From NCBI GenBank assembly GCA_036172245.1, contig JAYWIR010000015.1:2480001-2544000 (forward strand): DNA of 64,000 nt, given 5' to 3'. Within the stretch, counting starts at the first letter, position 1. The number at the start of each line of letters is the position of its first letter. A program made the position numbers and the translations under genes. Shown here one piece after another: positions 11,980-33,400 of the stretch. This DNA is from Raillietiella orientalis (Eukaryota). The notes beneath the pieces are model-generated. The model ran no database searches, was not told where the DNA came from, and saw only the letters and a list, made by a program, of their open reading frames with translations.

Positions 11980-14900
11980 TGAGCGGCACCACCACCGCCG
12001 CCGCCGCCAGCGCACGGCTCCCCACGTGTAACTCCTACGCTCTTCGTCCCCCTCCTCCTTGTTATCTAAGCAACGACTACGACGCGCGGAGGCGCGCCCC
12101 CCAGATAACGGATGCCCTGCGCTCTCGCCGTCGTCATGGGTGGTGACACACCCATGCAGACGGGGAAACTGAAGGAAGTGGAGGAACCTGACAGGAACGT
12201 TGGCGAATTCCACGGAGTCCCTCGGGACGGCACACGCAACGCGAGAGAGATGACTCCGCGTACATGCGGCTGCGGACAGCCCGCATGGCCTGGCCACGCT
12301 TCAAAGGAGACGGCTGGGCTCAGCGACAATCTCTGAAAGGGAGGAGGAAAAGAGGGAACTCGCAAGCTGTCCGAGAGGCGTGGAAGAGCTCAGGCGTTGT
12401 CTAAGGTTTTCCTCCTTGCTTGCTCTCTCCCCACCTCCCAGACAGGGACAAGGGGAGAGCTCTTGAAGGATCCGAAGAGTTGGAGGGGTACCAGTTGGGG
12501 CTAGCAAATTCAAGATTCGAAGAAGGGGGTCGGGAATCAAAGCAGAGGGATTCTCGAGAAGCCCGTTGCGGGGTCGCGCACTCCGAGGGAGCGCGGAATT
12601 GCAGAACATTTTGTGGAGCTCTTCCGAGCTTCATAAGATCAATGTTCCGGGGAAAACCTCGAGAGTACCAGCATGACAGGCGAGAAAAACGAGTTCGGCA
12701 AGTGCCACCGTTCCCGAAGATTCCTTCCCTAATTCTTCCGGGTATGAAAGATGCGTCTGCTCCAGAGAGACGATCATCTGCTCCGGGATTCCGTCAGCGC
12801 TTCTTCTCACCCGAGCTCTAAACGCACTGTTTGTGGATTTCCACTAAGAGGACGCAGGAAAGGAGCCCTCTGACTCTTGGGGATCATTCGATACCTCCGA
12901 AGAACGGCATCCTTCGGTATCTCTTGCAAAGAGGAGGAGGAGGAGGGATCCAGCAGCGACGATAGTCCAGCAAGGGAGGTAATGTTTCCTTTGAAGAACA
13001 TGAGTAGTCCCACGCTCGTGTGGGATGAGATGGCTTATGGGTTTCTTTCAGCAGTCCACCATGTCTGCTGCGTGCATCTGCTTGCATCCATGCGCTCACC
13101 ATGGTTCTCAATGAAGCACTGAGTGGATGACCTCGTGTCACAAACATTCGCTCCACATCCCCAAGGAAGATCAAAGCGTCCCAGTGAACTGCACAACACC
13201 AGAGAGACCTCACAATGTTGGATGCCATTCCGCAGTAAGTGGCCACTCCACGAATGAAGTTTTGCTTCAGGCTAATGTCTGCCGTTCATGGTTCCTCCAC
13301 TTGCCAACATTTTTCCTGTGATGTAGTTCCAACCATAAATGATTGCTTTTTCTCTTTCTCTCGTTAGCATCAGATTCTTCTTTTCCAGAAAAAGTACCAG
13401 AACATTTTTCTAAAAATAAAAAAAAGACTCTAGGCTTACAATTCTTCTCCAGCTTTGTACAATAGCTTAGTCTTGAAATTGCATCAGGGAACTCCTCGTC
13501 AATTCGGATGCAAAAGAGGACAGCCTTGTCAAATTACATTCTCCCTGAGACATGGTACTCCTGTTCCAAGTGCCTAGGGAACCTGGCTCGTTACAGAAGT
13601 GCCAGAATAAAAGGTAATTTCATTGAAAGAATCTTGTATCAAAGAAGGGTAAGGCAGAGAGACATCGCTTGTCAGATGCTCCAGGCCTGACCAAAGCAAA
13701 GAACATTCAGATTTTTTGATTGTTTTCTCTCTATCGAATTCATTAAAAGAGAACACTCGAAGTTCGTTGTAACGTTAGCAAGTGTAACGCCTATCTTTCA
13801 GGACAGACAGAAAAACACTGGTGCCGAATCTTTGCTAATGGATAATCTGTAATGTATTCGGAATTTCACACAATGCTTCTATCAGTGCACCTGAGTCTGC
13901 ATGCTGCTAGCACTCAGGGAGGTAAAACGGTCAGTGGTCTCCATGTTCATCCAGCAAGCTCCCTGAGATATGACTTGCAAGAAGTACACGGTCTACGAAG
14001 GGCAAGGTTTATGCATAGAGAGTCCTCACCCCCCAAAATTCAATAAATCCTCTCCTTCGAATAAGTAGGGCTTCCGATATGTCAAACAAAAATAATAATC
14101 TCAATAAGTAGAACATCGATCAATTACAAAGTTGAGAAAGGTGTCTATTTTCAATTTTGTCTCTGAGAAATTAATGCAATAATTCATAATTAATCCTGCC
14201 ATCAAATGAAGGTGAGAATTCACATTACAGTTTAAACTCCAATCCATTATAATGAGATATTATGAAGAGAAGCATACTTTTTTATCTTATTCCATCTGAT
14301 TCCTTATTAGCATATAGGACAAAAATATCTGTCTTTTTGTGCACCATCCCAACTACATAGCATATATATTATTCTTACATCAAGTTACTCATATTTTGTA
14401 TTCTATTTTGTTTCACATTCCCATTGTTTACTAAGTATTTGGTATTATCAGAAATGCTTTCAAAGGAGATAATCATGCTTTTACTTACATATTTTAAAAA
14501 TTGCATTCTTATAGCTATAATAATTAGATGTGACACCGATTTTCCATATTGAGTAACAGTTCTCTTACAAGAGAATGCTTTTCTTACGCTTACAGTCGTT
14601 TTTATTTTAGCATCAGCTACTCAAGTACTGTAGTTCTTTTGTCTTTCGTATTTTAGATTTGGTTACAAGTGTTGCGGCATCTTACATGGGGAAAATTCCA
14701 TTCATTCTTCTGCAAGCCAGCTAATGCATTTCCTTTTTATACAGAATTCGACATTTGTCCAGAGTTTCCTATACCAAATGAAGTTCTTATCTTTCTGGGA
14801 TATTCGATGCTGCTGTGTGCTTATTTTCAAATATTCTAGAAAATGAACTTAAGAGTTCTGAAACAATGGAAGATCTGTTATAGATCTGTCATTAAAGGAG

Positions 14901-15998
14901 TGCACAAATTTGAAATATCTCTTTAAATACGTGTTTAGTAATTTGACAAGGCTTGTAAATGCAAATTTTGAATCGATTTATCACAGGTTCACAGGTCATG
15001 CAGTTTTATGCTACAATATGATGCTTGTCATTCTACCATCATTCATGCTGATTCGAGGAAGATGAGTTTTCTAGCAATACACTAAAATAATTGTGAGAAT
15101 TGCAAGACAAGTTCTCTTTCTTGCCTCCCATATCTTTCATATTTCAGTGCAAAGTGCATTAGGTATTTATTTATTTTATGATCTTCCTACTGTTTACTTT
15201 AAGAATAAAGTTTTGAATCCGATCTTTTGTCTTGATTTTCAAAACACAGAGACCAAAATCTCAAATTAGCTTCCTGCAACATTATTTCCAAGGTATAATT
15301 TAATTAGTTGATGATTTACATAGAATTAAAGATTATATTTCAAGAAATTTAAAATTGATTTTTTTATTTTCCTTTTTTGCGTTTATTATAGTTAGATAAA
15401 ATCAAATCAATATCAAAGCATATATGAATGACCCAATACGATAAACTTTTCAGAACAGCATGAACAGTTTTCATTTTTTAGGGGAGCTCATTATCCTTTA
15501 GACAGCTTCTTTTCTGTTATGAGAATACACATAATTAACGAACAAATGTTTTTAGACTGTTAACAAACAGTGCTCATAATTTTCGAAACTGTTTTCTTAG
15601 ACTCTTTTCAGTAAATAATGGTGGCAGTCTGACGGATGGTGCACGAGCGGTGTAGATGGAAGCTTCTGTAAGCATTCGGTATGTGTATTGGGACCCCAAT
15701 ACTGATGGTTTTCCTCTTGGAAACACACACATACGCTCATTGCGATTTGCTGTCTGTAAGTGACCGATCGGGGTGCTAAAATGAGATTAGTCATATAGTT
15801 TGAAAGTTAGCGTTTTTGAAAGCAATTTTGTGTTCAACTTGGTTTGTTTCTCTTTAGGCTTAAACTTCAGTTGGATGGACACTTAAGTTATACAGTTTTT
15901 TGTTCAAACATAGTTGTGTAAAGGCACATCAGATCATGGCTAGCCATATACACTAATTTGAAGATAACTGTGTAGAATTCTACTTTCATTATGGTGCA

Positions 15999-23011
<7,013 letters not shown>

Positions 23012-23012
23012 T

Positions 23013-23018
23013 AATAAA
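23013..23018 (+). terminator. Candidate polyadenylation signal (AATAAA) right after the POLR3B stop
   Basis: AATAAA starts 2 nt after the end of TAA and is followed by a T/GT-rich tract (TTGTCGTTTTTATTTCGTGTT). Confidence 0.5.
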
Positions 23019-26000
23019 TACTGTTACTACTTGTCGTTTTTATTTCGTGTTCGCAAATATGCTGACAAATTTCATTTTGTAGTACAGTTCAGGGCAGTTC
23101 GTGAAGAGTGTTAATTGCAAGTGACAGAAATGCAATTGATGCAAGTTGTATTTGAGATGGACCATATCTAATATCTGTTTAGTATCATTGGATGTGGACA
23201 AATGGTGCATGAGAGGAGGAATGACTTTTTTTTTTCAATCAGATTTGCAAAAGTATCCCAGAATCTTAATCCTCTCAAGATTTCATCGTACCTTATGCCA
23301 GAAGTACTTTTTCTAATGGCCTCCAAGATTATGCCATGGTCGTCATTGCTACTAGTTGCCTTAGCGTACGTGAAAATTGCAATTGAAATTAAAAATTCCA
23401 AGGATAGAACTTAGTTTACAGTAAGATAGTTTACTTTTGTTTATTTTGTTTTCTCAACTTTTTAAGAGCTCCATCTTAAACATCATTCTTGAAGCTTGAG
23501 ATCAAGATCACCCTAATAATGCTTACAGAAAAAATATACTCATTTCATTAAATTTGTCTACCGTTTTTCTAGGCTGGTCCTGTGTTCCACAAGTTTTCTG
23601 ACAGCGTTAACCTAATTCCCGGAGGATCCAAGTTTTAGCTTTGCCTTACAGGAAGTTTTAGCTTTCCTTGAGATTGTCAGCAAATCAGAAACGTAAATTT
23701 CTGATCTTTTGTTTGATCATTCATTATTTTCATCCCTAATGTGTGAATCGTAGAAGTTGAATTTTTTTTGTTTTTGATATAATTATCTATAACTATTAGC
23801 TACAGTCGAGATTATCGAGACCAAATTTTTAAATAAGTTTGCAAAAAACAAGGTACCGATGGCCAAGGCGCTTCTCGAATCTCAAGCCATTCGAATCATC
23901 TTTGAAGCAGTGGACTACCTGAACCATGAAACAGTTGTAAAACCTGGTTTCGAATGAATGATGATTTTATTCATAAAGAATGAACGTGATATGTGGGAGG
24001 ACGACCAACAACAACAGACCACAGTGAGGAAATTACGGGCTTATTTATCCAGCCACTTTAAATGTCAATGCTTTATTTTGTCGGAAGGATTTGTATCCAC
24101 ATCATATTATTGAATGAAGATGAGAACTGCACTCAAAGGCCAGACTTTAGCCGGTTCCCTATTCATTGTGAAAGATGTGGAAAATGTATGCAATACGTAT
24201 CCTTCCTCTGTTCTTCCTCCAACGTTTCCATCAAGCGAAGCGAGTTGGAGCGCTTTCCCGGTCACGGTCAGGCGCAGACATGCTAACTGCATCAGGGGAG
24301 CCAAACAGGGAAAGTTACTTTCAACGTCTTTATTATCAATAAAGTGGGTTTTGTCATGGCAAAACTTTGTTCTGGAGCATTCCCTAACACACATCTTTAA
24401 TGGAAGCTTCTAGAAAAGTCTTAAGAAAGTGTTGGCTGTTTACAGTCTCAAGGATGTACTTGCTATACTTATTGATTCAGCAACCCGTGAAGAAAAGCAA
24501 GCATCCTTCATTCCTCGTCACAAGATTAGAGCTAGTTACAGTCGAGATTCGCATCCTGCAAGACAAACTTGTAGTTCTCTTTCAGCTCTGCCTTCAACTT
24601 CCAAAGGATTCACAAGAGTCGAAAAATCTGATTCGTGAGGGGAAAATCTAGCACCTATGGAAACCCTTTTGCGATGGTTATCGTCTAGCGATTCCTTGGC
24701 AGGTTTTTTAGAGTCCCTGGATTCTAACATTACTTTCAGTAGTGAGAAAAGTGAAAGTCCTAATGGGCAGTTTATAAACGGGGGATTCCTGTTTATTCTC
24801 TCAGCACATCATTTTTCATCCTAAATGAAAGGTCCGATCTCTTTGAGTACCTTAATAGTGGATCTTCAACATTCAGAAAAGCAAAATCAAATTTCTTCTG
24901 ATTCATTGCATAATTAGCGAACGGGAGTACGTCAGTTTATTATAATTACAATTCGCGTACTCAACTGTATTGGGAAGAGTTTTCTGAAAAATACGACTAG
25001 CTTTTCACAACTGACTATCTTTTCGCACAAATTAAAAATTCCGGCTGCCAGTATGTTCTTCTACTGCACATAGTTTTCCACGCATGCCCCCAGGATATTT
25101 TGCGATCGCATGAATGTTATGGTTGCGGTGTGTTCTTTGTATACTGTCATGTACATTGGGTGCTAGGGCTTCCAAGAAGCAGGTTTCCTTAAATTTTTCA
25201 ATTTCTCACCCAACTTTCTTCGGCATGATTTCGAAGTCGTTGTGATCTTCCCAGCGCAATCGCTGATAGATAAGAGTTTACTGAAAGAAACGATATCTGT
25301 TTCTTCTTTATTGTTGGGGAAAAAGTAGTAGAAGGTGATTGCAGCTGGTGTGTGCCAAGCCTTCACTTTGGCTCACCAGCGGACAGAGGCAGTACGACAC
25401 CTGATGAATAGCTCTAGGCTTGATAACGAAGACTGTTGTGTAGTTATCTCTGGATCCGTTGGCATCATGGAATTCTTCACGAGGAGAGGCAAGGGAGCGA
25501 GGCATCAGCTCCCTGCCTCCCACAAGGCGTCCAGTGTACGGGGCATCAAGGAACAGGTAATTCCAGGAATTCTGGGTATTGCTCCAGAGTCACTGCTCTG
25601 GCGCTGGGGACTCGCACCTGCGTTTCCATTCTGTGCTCCTTCTTAGCAATCCTCAACTCGTATCTGCAGGCACCTGTTTACCCTTGTTGCATTGCAGGTT
25701 TTCCCATGGTAGGATTTCAGTCTCTGGATCGGACGAGTGAAAATAGCACAGATTCCAACCACAGCACTTTCCATGTACTCCTCGATTCTTTCTCTTTGCC
25801 TTGAAGATGCCTCCAGAATGCATTACCTGAGGATAAGAAGCAAACTCTAGGAAAACAATGGCATGAGGTCGGGTCTTCACTTTGGTGTTTCGGAAACTCA
25901 TCCAGCTTCCTTTTCTTCATACATACCACGTGTCCCTTATATATCTGAGCTTACATCATCTTCCTATGCTCCTCCGTTCTCCTTACAAGACGCATACACA

Positions 26001-27452
26001 AATGCAGAGTAGTGAAAGTTCGTGTCACCGATCAGTTGCTTACTTCTATTCGGACCCTCGTCTGGATCATGTACGCAGTTACGAAGTTCAAGTCTCACTT
26101 CCTGCCTCCGGAGAAGTTTGGATCGCACACCCTATGAGACTTCGCCCGGACTTTGCTTCTATCTAAATACCTTTCTTCCGCTGGCCCGACAGAGTCCCAA
26201 TAATGTGTGTTCCTTTCTGAGCTCTCTAGAGAATGCAATATTTATTAGGTGCTCTTCCTATCGGATTCGGCAGCCCAAGCGTCATGATGTTACCGAAGGG
26301 GTCATCCATCCTCCCCCTCTCTACCCTCCACAACGATGGGGAGAAAGTTTTACTTTGAAAGTTTCCGTTTTTATCGAAAACCGCACGGCAGGCGGTACGC
26401 CGGTAGAAATTCTTTCATCTGTATGGGATGCTTCGTTCCGCCTACGAAGCACCATGGAAACAAGGGAAGCAAGACGTTTCTGTGAAGGGGTCCATCTGAA
26501 CACAACCGAGCCAGCCTAGCTTGAATTCTGGAGATGGCAGCAGGTGGCAGAGGGTGGGGGGTAGGGGGAGAGGCTGAAGGGAGAACCACTCTTCACCACC
26601 TGCGCTACTCGTGCATCCGAGCGTGCGTTCGTTTCGAGCAGCATGTGGCCTTGTACGCCTTCAGAAAGGTGGTCAGCGGAAGCTTGTAACGGCACTTCCG
26701 GAAAGCCCCGCCTGCCGTCGCCATGGATCCCGACGATAGAGTTTGCGCGCTCCGAAGGGCTTCTATCGTTTCGGGCGATCACTCTCTGATCAGCGCGGCT
26801 ACTGGAATTCGCGCAGGAGATTCAAATCCGTAGCCAACCTCCCCCGAGAGGCGACATGGAAGAGGAGTGTGTGTGCATGACCTCTCCTCTTCCCTCCTTC
26901 CCCATTCTAACGAATACGATTCATCCAAAGTTATTTGTATTCTCAGTTGCGACGACTTCTGAGGAGATTGTCTGTCTCCTGGAGATGAGGGATGCTCGCT
27001 AGACCACTCCAAAATCTCCATCCGGGTGTTTTCGGGTGCGCTTCCGCCTGTTCGTACTCACAGCACGCGTTCTCCGCTCTGGCGGAATGACTGTCGGGGA
27101 AGGCGGAACGCGCCGTGGTTTCCGCGCGCGGTGGGTCCTCCCTTGCAAGAGGCGAGGGACCGGAAACGGGGATGTAAGGAGAGGATAAGGGAGAAAAGCG
27201 GGAGGAGCGCGATCGTCGTCATCGTATTTCCGAGGCGATGGCGATCGCGAAAGGCATGCGATGGGGATTGGGAGGGGAGGGGGCGGCGGTAGGAAGACGC
27301 GCTCAAGAAAGACCACGTCGCTAGGTAGAGCGGCTGAGCGAGGGGAGAGAAAGGGAAGGAGACGGGACAAGGAGGAGGAAAGAGTCAGCGGCCTGCACTC
27401 TGCGCACTCACACACGTGACGCATTCACAGGCGCAAGAGCATCCGTGCGCGC

Positions 27453-30400
27453 TCACGCGCGCATGGTGCCCCGGTTCGCGGGCTTGCTCTTCCGTTTCTG
27501 CTGCTCCACGTCCTCGATCGTTTCCGGGAGCTTCACGTTCATGGTCTCCGGCAGCATAAGTGTCAGGAATCCGGCGACAAAGCTCAGGCTCCCGAAGATG
27601 ACGAAAGGGAGCATGGTCCAGTACGCGCTCTGGAAAAGAGGAGTGAGACAGAGGAGTGGGAGGACAGAGAGAAAGAAAAGGGAGGAGGAGGAGGGTGAAA
27701 GGGAGCAAAGGCACGCCCCTCTTCCTTGTTCTTCCTTCTCAACCCTTCTACCCACTCCTTATATTCCCCTCCTTATTCTTTTCAGAGGTTCACTGCCTCC
27801 TCTGGTCTCTTGCGGTCCCCCTAGCGACCGCTCACCAGCACGATGAGGTAGCTGCTCAGGGCTGCTCCTACCCTCGCCGAGAACGATGCGGACCCCATGG
27901 CCACGTTCCTGACCACTGTAGGGAACAGCTCTGTGCTGTACATGTACACTATGCCGTACGATCCGGTGATGCCCAGCTTTCCGATCAGGTACAGAACTGT
28001 GCTCAGCCCGGAAACCTCTGGAAAAAACAAAAACAAAAAATTAACAGAAAATTAAAAGAAAAATAACAAAAAAAAGGGAAGAGATAGACATACTCTTCCC
28101 ACTTTGTTTCCTCGTCTCACTCGCTCTCAGGTCTCCCTTTCGGGAACGGAAACGACGGGCGCACTCTCCGCTGGAGTCCCTCCGCGGGAGGAATGGTCGA
28201 CTTAGAGGAACGACCAACCCCCCGCTCTCAGACCCGAAGAGAATTTTCTCCATCCTGTTTCGGGATCCCACCTTGTCCCCCCTCCTCCTCTTTCCAAAGA
28301 GCAGCGCAGGTGATGTCGGCAGCGCCGAGCAACGCTGGGTGAAGTGAGCTGTCCTTTCCCCTCCCAAGAAAAGGGACGCACGGCCATTCCTGCTCTCCTC
28401 GATCTAGTCTCCTGGCTGGGAACCGTGCCGGTGGTCCGCTGGAAATCTGTGACCGCCATGGCTCTTGACTGGCAAAGCCGCTGTCTAATTCTGGATCGGA
28501 GGTCTTACAGGCCACAAGCTCGGGCGGGGGTTTCCTTCGGGGCTCTTTCGGTTCGGGGCCAGAAGGGCCATGGATTTTCCCCTCTTCTTCCTTACCCGTG
28601 TCCCGGATCTTTCCGCTAGGCAAACTTTACCCCATTTGCAGAAATGTAGCCGAAGAACGAATTCCCGAGACACGAGGCAGAGCTCACGGGGGCTGCGTCG
28701 ATCCTGCGGGAAGCGCGACTCTCATGTCCTCCCCCCAGCGGCATCCAAAAGCTCCTGCCGGTACCGACCAACGCCTAACCTTTATCCCTCCCTCTCATAC
28801 GTTCCTGAGGACCCGGAGGAAGGCTCTAATAGGGGCCTGAGATTAGAAGGGGAGGAGAAGAGGGAGTCCCCGAGTGACGCAGTGCCGCTCGCAGTGACAG
28901 TAAAAGGTGGAACGAAAGAGTTCCATTTTGTTCTCCCTCAGGGCGGGTATTTTTCCTGGACGTCTTCCCGGACCTCGGAGAGGCAACAACACGGACGGGG
29001 AAGCGCTCACATACAAGAGACTGCCTTCAAGTGACCCTGTCCTTATCCTGGCTTCTCGACTTTTGTCTCCAGAACGCTGAGTCTCATTTCCTCCAAAGAG
29101 CAGTCACTTCCGCACATGCACCGTCCGTCAAGGAGAGGGGGCAACGCAAGCTCTTGGAGACAAGTTGCGGGAGGGTGGGGGTAGTAGCGAGCTGCATCCT
29201 GCTTCCGGCACCTAGAGACTTCGCCCACCCTCCCTTTCTCCTCCCCTTTTCTCTCCATCACTGTCCATTCGAAGGAGGGCGCTTCAATGACTCCTTCGTT
29301 TGCCCCCCCTTGCGATCTTCCCCGGTTACGCAGCGCCACTGGCATCTAGCATCAGAGAGAAAACAGGCAGCGATGGTTTATCCTTCGCGGGCTGATCCGT
29401 ACTCAGGGAAGCTGCGGGGTCTTTCGCCTAGAGGAAGATCCAGAAGGGAGGAGTCAGTTACTTTTCGATGTCGGAGGATCCCAGCCTCCTTCTCTGGAGT
29501 TCCCCGCTTGACTACCACTAGGAAGGACATTTCGTGTGTCTGAAATCCGAGTGGCCCTCCGTCTGGGAAGAAAGACTGGCCCCACTTTCCAGCACGAAGA
29601 TCGCATGGAAAGTGGGTCCGGAAGCAAATGCGTATGCGCAGTCTGCAGGCTCTGGCGCCCTCCCGAGACTCTGCGAGCGTTTCGCGCGTATGAATGGCTC
29701 GCTCTCGGGAAGAAATGCACGCGGCCTCCTTGTGCAGAGGAAGGAGGACGGAAGACGGAAGGAGACGTCTTGAAAAGGAGCAGGAGAGCAATCCCGACCC
29801 ATCGAAGAGAATCGTGGGACCGTGTCGGCTGCTGGTAGCTAAAAGACGGAGTTCTCCACCTGCAGACCCTTGCCACCCATCCCTTTCGTTGCAACGCTTC
29901 AAGCGAGAGGGAGAGCAGGTAGGCCTCCGAGTGCCCCGGAGCGACTGCTCGAAAAAGCGACACAAAATTCCAGAATCGCGCGGAAAGAGGGTAAGGGGAC
30001 TGCGCGATCCGCTTTCTGAGTTACCTTTGAACAGCTGCATCAGCATCAGAGCCAGGCCGGCGAGCAGCATGCAGGAGCAAAGCGGCACTCGCCTACCCCA
30101 CTTGTTGAGGGACAGGTACATGAACAGGTACGCCGGATATTCTACCAGTCCTGTCGTTGGGAGGCAGCAGCGTCACCTCCAGCTGAGCACGGCGTGACCG
30201 CCGCGGGTTTTCTTTACCTGCGAGGATGAAGTTCACGTAGACGTCCCCGCTGAGCACCTCGGTGTTCCAGGACAGCCCGTAGTACACCAGACTGTTCACA
30301 AACCTGAGGAGGACCAAAAGTATTGGATTGCTTCGCTTCGGAAGCACGCCCCGAGAGCAGCAAGCTCGGGATTTGAGGAGGCGGAAGAGAGAGAGGGGAT

Positions 30401-33400
30401 AAAGGGGTAGAGGGGTGTAATTCGTCTATCCAAAGCCCTCTTGCGGGGCGCGGTTTCCTAGTCGAAGTGCGTGAGAGGGGTCGCTACGAAAAGGATCGAT
30501 CCTGACTTCCCTTCTCCTCATAGCAGTGAAAGAGGATGCGCTTTCCAGCTCCATGCCAGGAAGGAATAAAGGAAGAGAGAGAGGAGCCCGGATGAAGAAA
30601 GAGTCGATTGCAGCATTCGTTAATTCCGATACCGTCTCAGCTACTCTTAATTAGCTGGTGCTCCGGCGTGGGTGCCCAAAGAGCGCTTGCGTGTATGGTG
30701 GAAGGGATTTTTATTGATTCAGCTGGAGTAGGGTAGGGTAGAGACTGAGCCGACTAAGAGTAGGAGTCCCCTAAGAATGAGGGAAACCAATTGAGGGTGC
30801 TGAAGGGGATGATTCCCTTCTCTTCTGGAAGAAGTCTTAATGGATGTGTGGAAAAAAAAGACTGTTTTTCAGGGAGGTCAGGTAGGGAGTTGTTGGAGGA
30901 ACAAAGGAAAGAAAGGTTGAGGAGTTTCCTTCTTGTTTCCAATGAAAGCTCACAAGGATCTACAGGAGGACGGGAAATCTGTGACGCGCCTTCCGGAAAA
31001 GAGGAGACCTTGGTGATCGATGCGCCTGCTGTCCCGGTAGGATGCGCTGCCGTCCCCTACTCAGCTCGCGATCCCCTGAATGCAACTCTTTCCTCCTTCC
31101 CTTTTCTCCTCTCTCACCTTAAGAGGCCCTTTGGGGTCATTAGGTCTCAGCTCCTTCTCTTTGTTCCCCGCTGCTCCCGTCCCTTCGGTACAGGGATTCC
31201 CGGCGCGAGGTGCTTGGGATTCGCATCTGCCATTCATCTTGTCCGGGGTTGGTCCCCGCCCTTCGTTACGATCCTTTGCAGGAGCGACAGCACTTCGCAC
31301 GTCAGGCGCCCCTGCAGTAATAGCGGGGAGGAGGGGAGGAGAGGAAGAGGGAGGCGAAAGGAAGACTCTTGTCATGACCTTCAATGACGATGGATGCGCC
31401 GCAAGCGTTCTCGGAAATTCCTTTCTCCCCCCCCCCCACCTCCCACCACTTTCAGCTCACTCCCAGCTCTTTTCCTTTGACCTCCTGGCAACATCCAGGA
31501 GCGCCGGACTGCCCTAATGAGAGACCTGAGCATGGGCTGGTAGGGGGGCGAGATCCCTCACGGTTCCCTCCTGCTCGTCCCTATCGGATTAGCGGTCCTC
31601 GCTTCATGGCCGGCTGTTCTGTAGTCTAGGGGAGGATTCGTGGGTCCTTCGTGCGCTCTGGTTCCTTCGCCCCACATCGAAGAGAAGGGAGGGATGAAAG
31701 GGGGAAGGAGAGCCCTCTAGGAACCCTTTTCTCTTCCGTCCCAGGGTCCTAAAGGCCTCAGGCGATCTCTTCTATCCGGAGTGATAACGAAGAGAGAGGG
31801 AAGGCGGAGCTCACTCGGCAGAGAGAACGGCTATTGGGAGGCCGCGACATCCCTGGGACTTCCCATTCAACGCGTGCGTGGAAGGCCCCATTGCTCTGGA
31901 GGGTCCAGGCTGAAAAATCCTCTCTCCTCAGGCTCCCTCCCAAAACATTCCCCTGCTTCTATGGAACGCCGCTGTCCTTTCCCTCAAACGGCGCATTCTG
32001 GAAACGAAGAGGAGTAGGAGTCTCTCTGACAATACTGAAAGGGACTCGGCCGGGAGCGACGGACTGAAATAAGCGGGTCCTTACAGGACGGCCAGAACCA
32101 TGGAAGAAGGGAAAGGGGAGGAGGGAAAAAATGTTTGGTCAGAGGCTTCTCCCTCTCTTCCGGTTCTCTCTCTTCGTTCTCTTTCTGTCCTAAATCTCCT
32201 ATCAGTTTCTGTGGTAGTCGGAGGAGGGACAGGGGGCATTTCGGATGCCGGGATCAACCTACCAGTTGAAGCACGTGTTCAAGGTCCTCCATCGCAAGTT
32301 GTGGTAGCGGAAGAGGTCCAAGAAGCTGCCGGTGGCGAGCTCGTGTTCCTCCCCCTCTTCCTTGGAGTCCGGCCGGAGCAGCTCCTTGCAGATGGAGTCG
32401 GGAAGCTGGCGTCCGTTCTCCTTGGCGATGCCCCTGAGGTGGTGCAATGCGTGCTCGCGCTTCCCCTTTGTCAGCAGCCATCTGGTGGACTCCGGAAGGA
32501 ACCTGAAAGCGCCCCCTGATGGCGAGCATTGGTTCTCGGGGGAATGGAGGACCGGGGAGGAAAAAGGGGATCGTTAGCCGACCTCTCCTCCCCTGCTCCC
32601 TTTCCTACGGGGAGGTGGGATACCCACCTCCAATAGGCGAAGATGTATATCCCGGACAGACAGCTAACTGCCTGGAACCACCTCCAGTCCGGGATGAGAT
32701 ACGCCAGTAGTGCTGTCAGGAAGAAACCCTTGGTGAAAAAGGTCTGCGTGACGGTGCCTGCGAGCAGGCGCCAGGACGGACCCACCAACTCTATCCCTAG
32801 AATGAGGGGAAGAAGTCGGGAGAGGGAGTGGAACGGGAGAGAGCACTTACCCATCACGCACGCAACCGTCAGGATCCCGGTGCTGGTGAGGCCCATCAGG
32901 AATCGGCAAACCAGGAAGCTGTAGAAGTCCGGAGTGAGACTGCAGACAATGCCCAGAACGAATTGACAGGAAAAGGCCACCATGAAGAGCCTCTTGCGAC
33001 CGAACCTGAGGGAATGAAGGGACCGGGAGAGAAGTAAGGGACCAGGAGCCGAGAACATGAGGCATTCCGCGGAGATCCCACGGGAGCTGCCGGAGGGGGA
33101 GGAGAGGCAGGCTCTACCTCGGAGGAAGGAAGGACAAGGATCCCCTTTCTCTCCTGGTAGCACATCTCCCGCAACTCGCGCGCTTGTATAAAAGCAAATC
33201 CTTCGCATCCTGTCGGTCCCGTTCCTCCAAGGTCCTGCTTCCATGATCCTGTAAGTTCCTGTAGTTCGCACGTCCGTCGAGACCGCCTACCGGAGCACGA
33301 TTATCGTGGGAAAGCGAGCCCTCCCTTCTTCTTCCGCTCTTCCCCATCCTCCACCCCTCAGGTCTCTGCGTCGCTGCCGAATCTCGGCGACACAGGGAGA

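Noticed and set aside
25160..26170. Possible small minus-strand spliced gene between POLR3B and SLC22
   Set aside because: Splice-like sites exist, but the combinations I tried hit stops and gave no recognisable protein.
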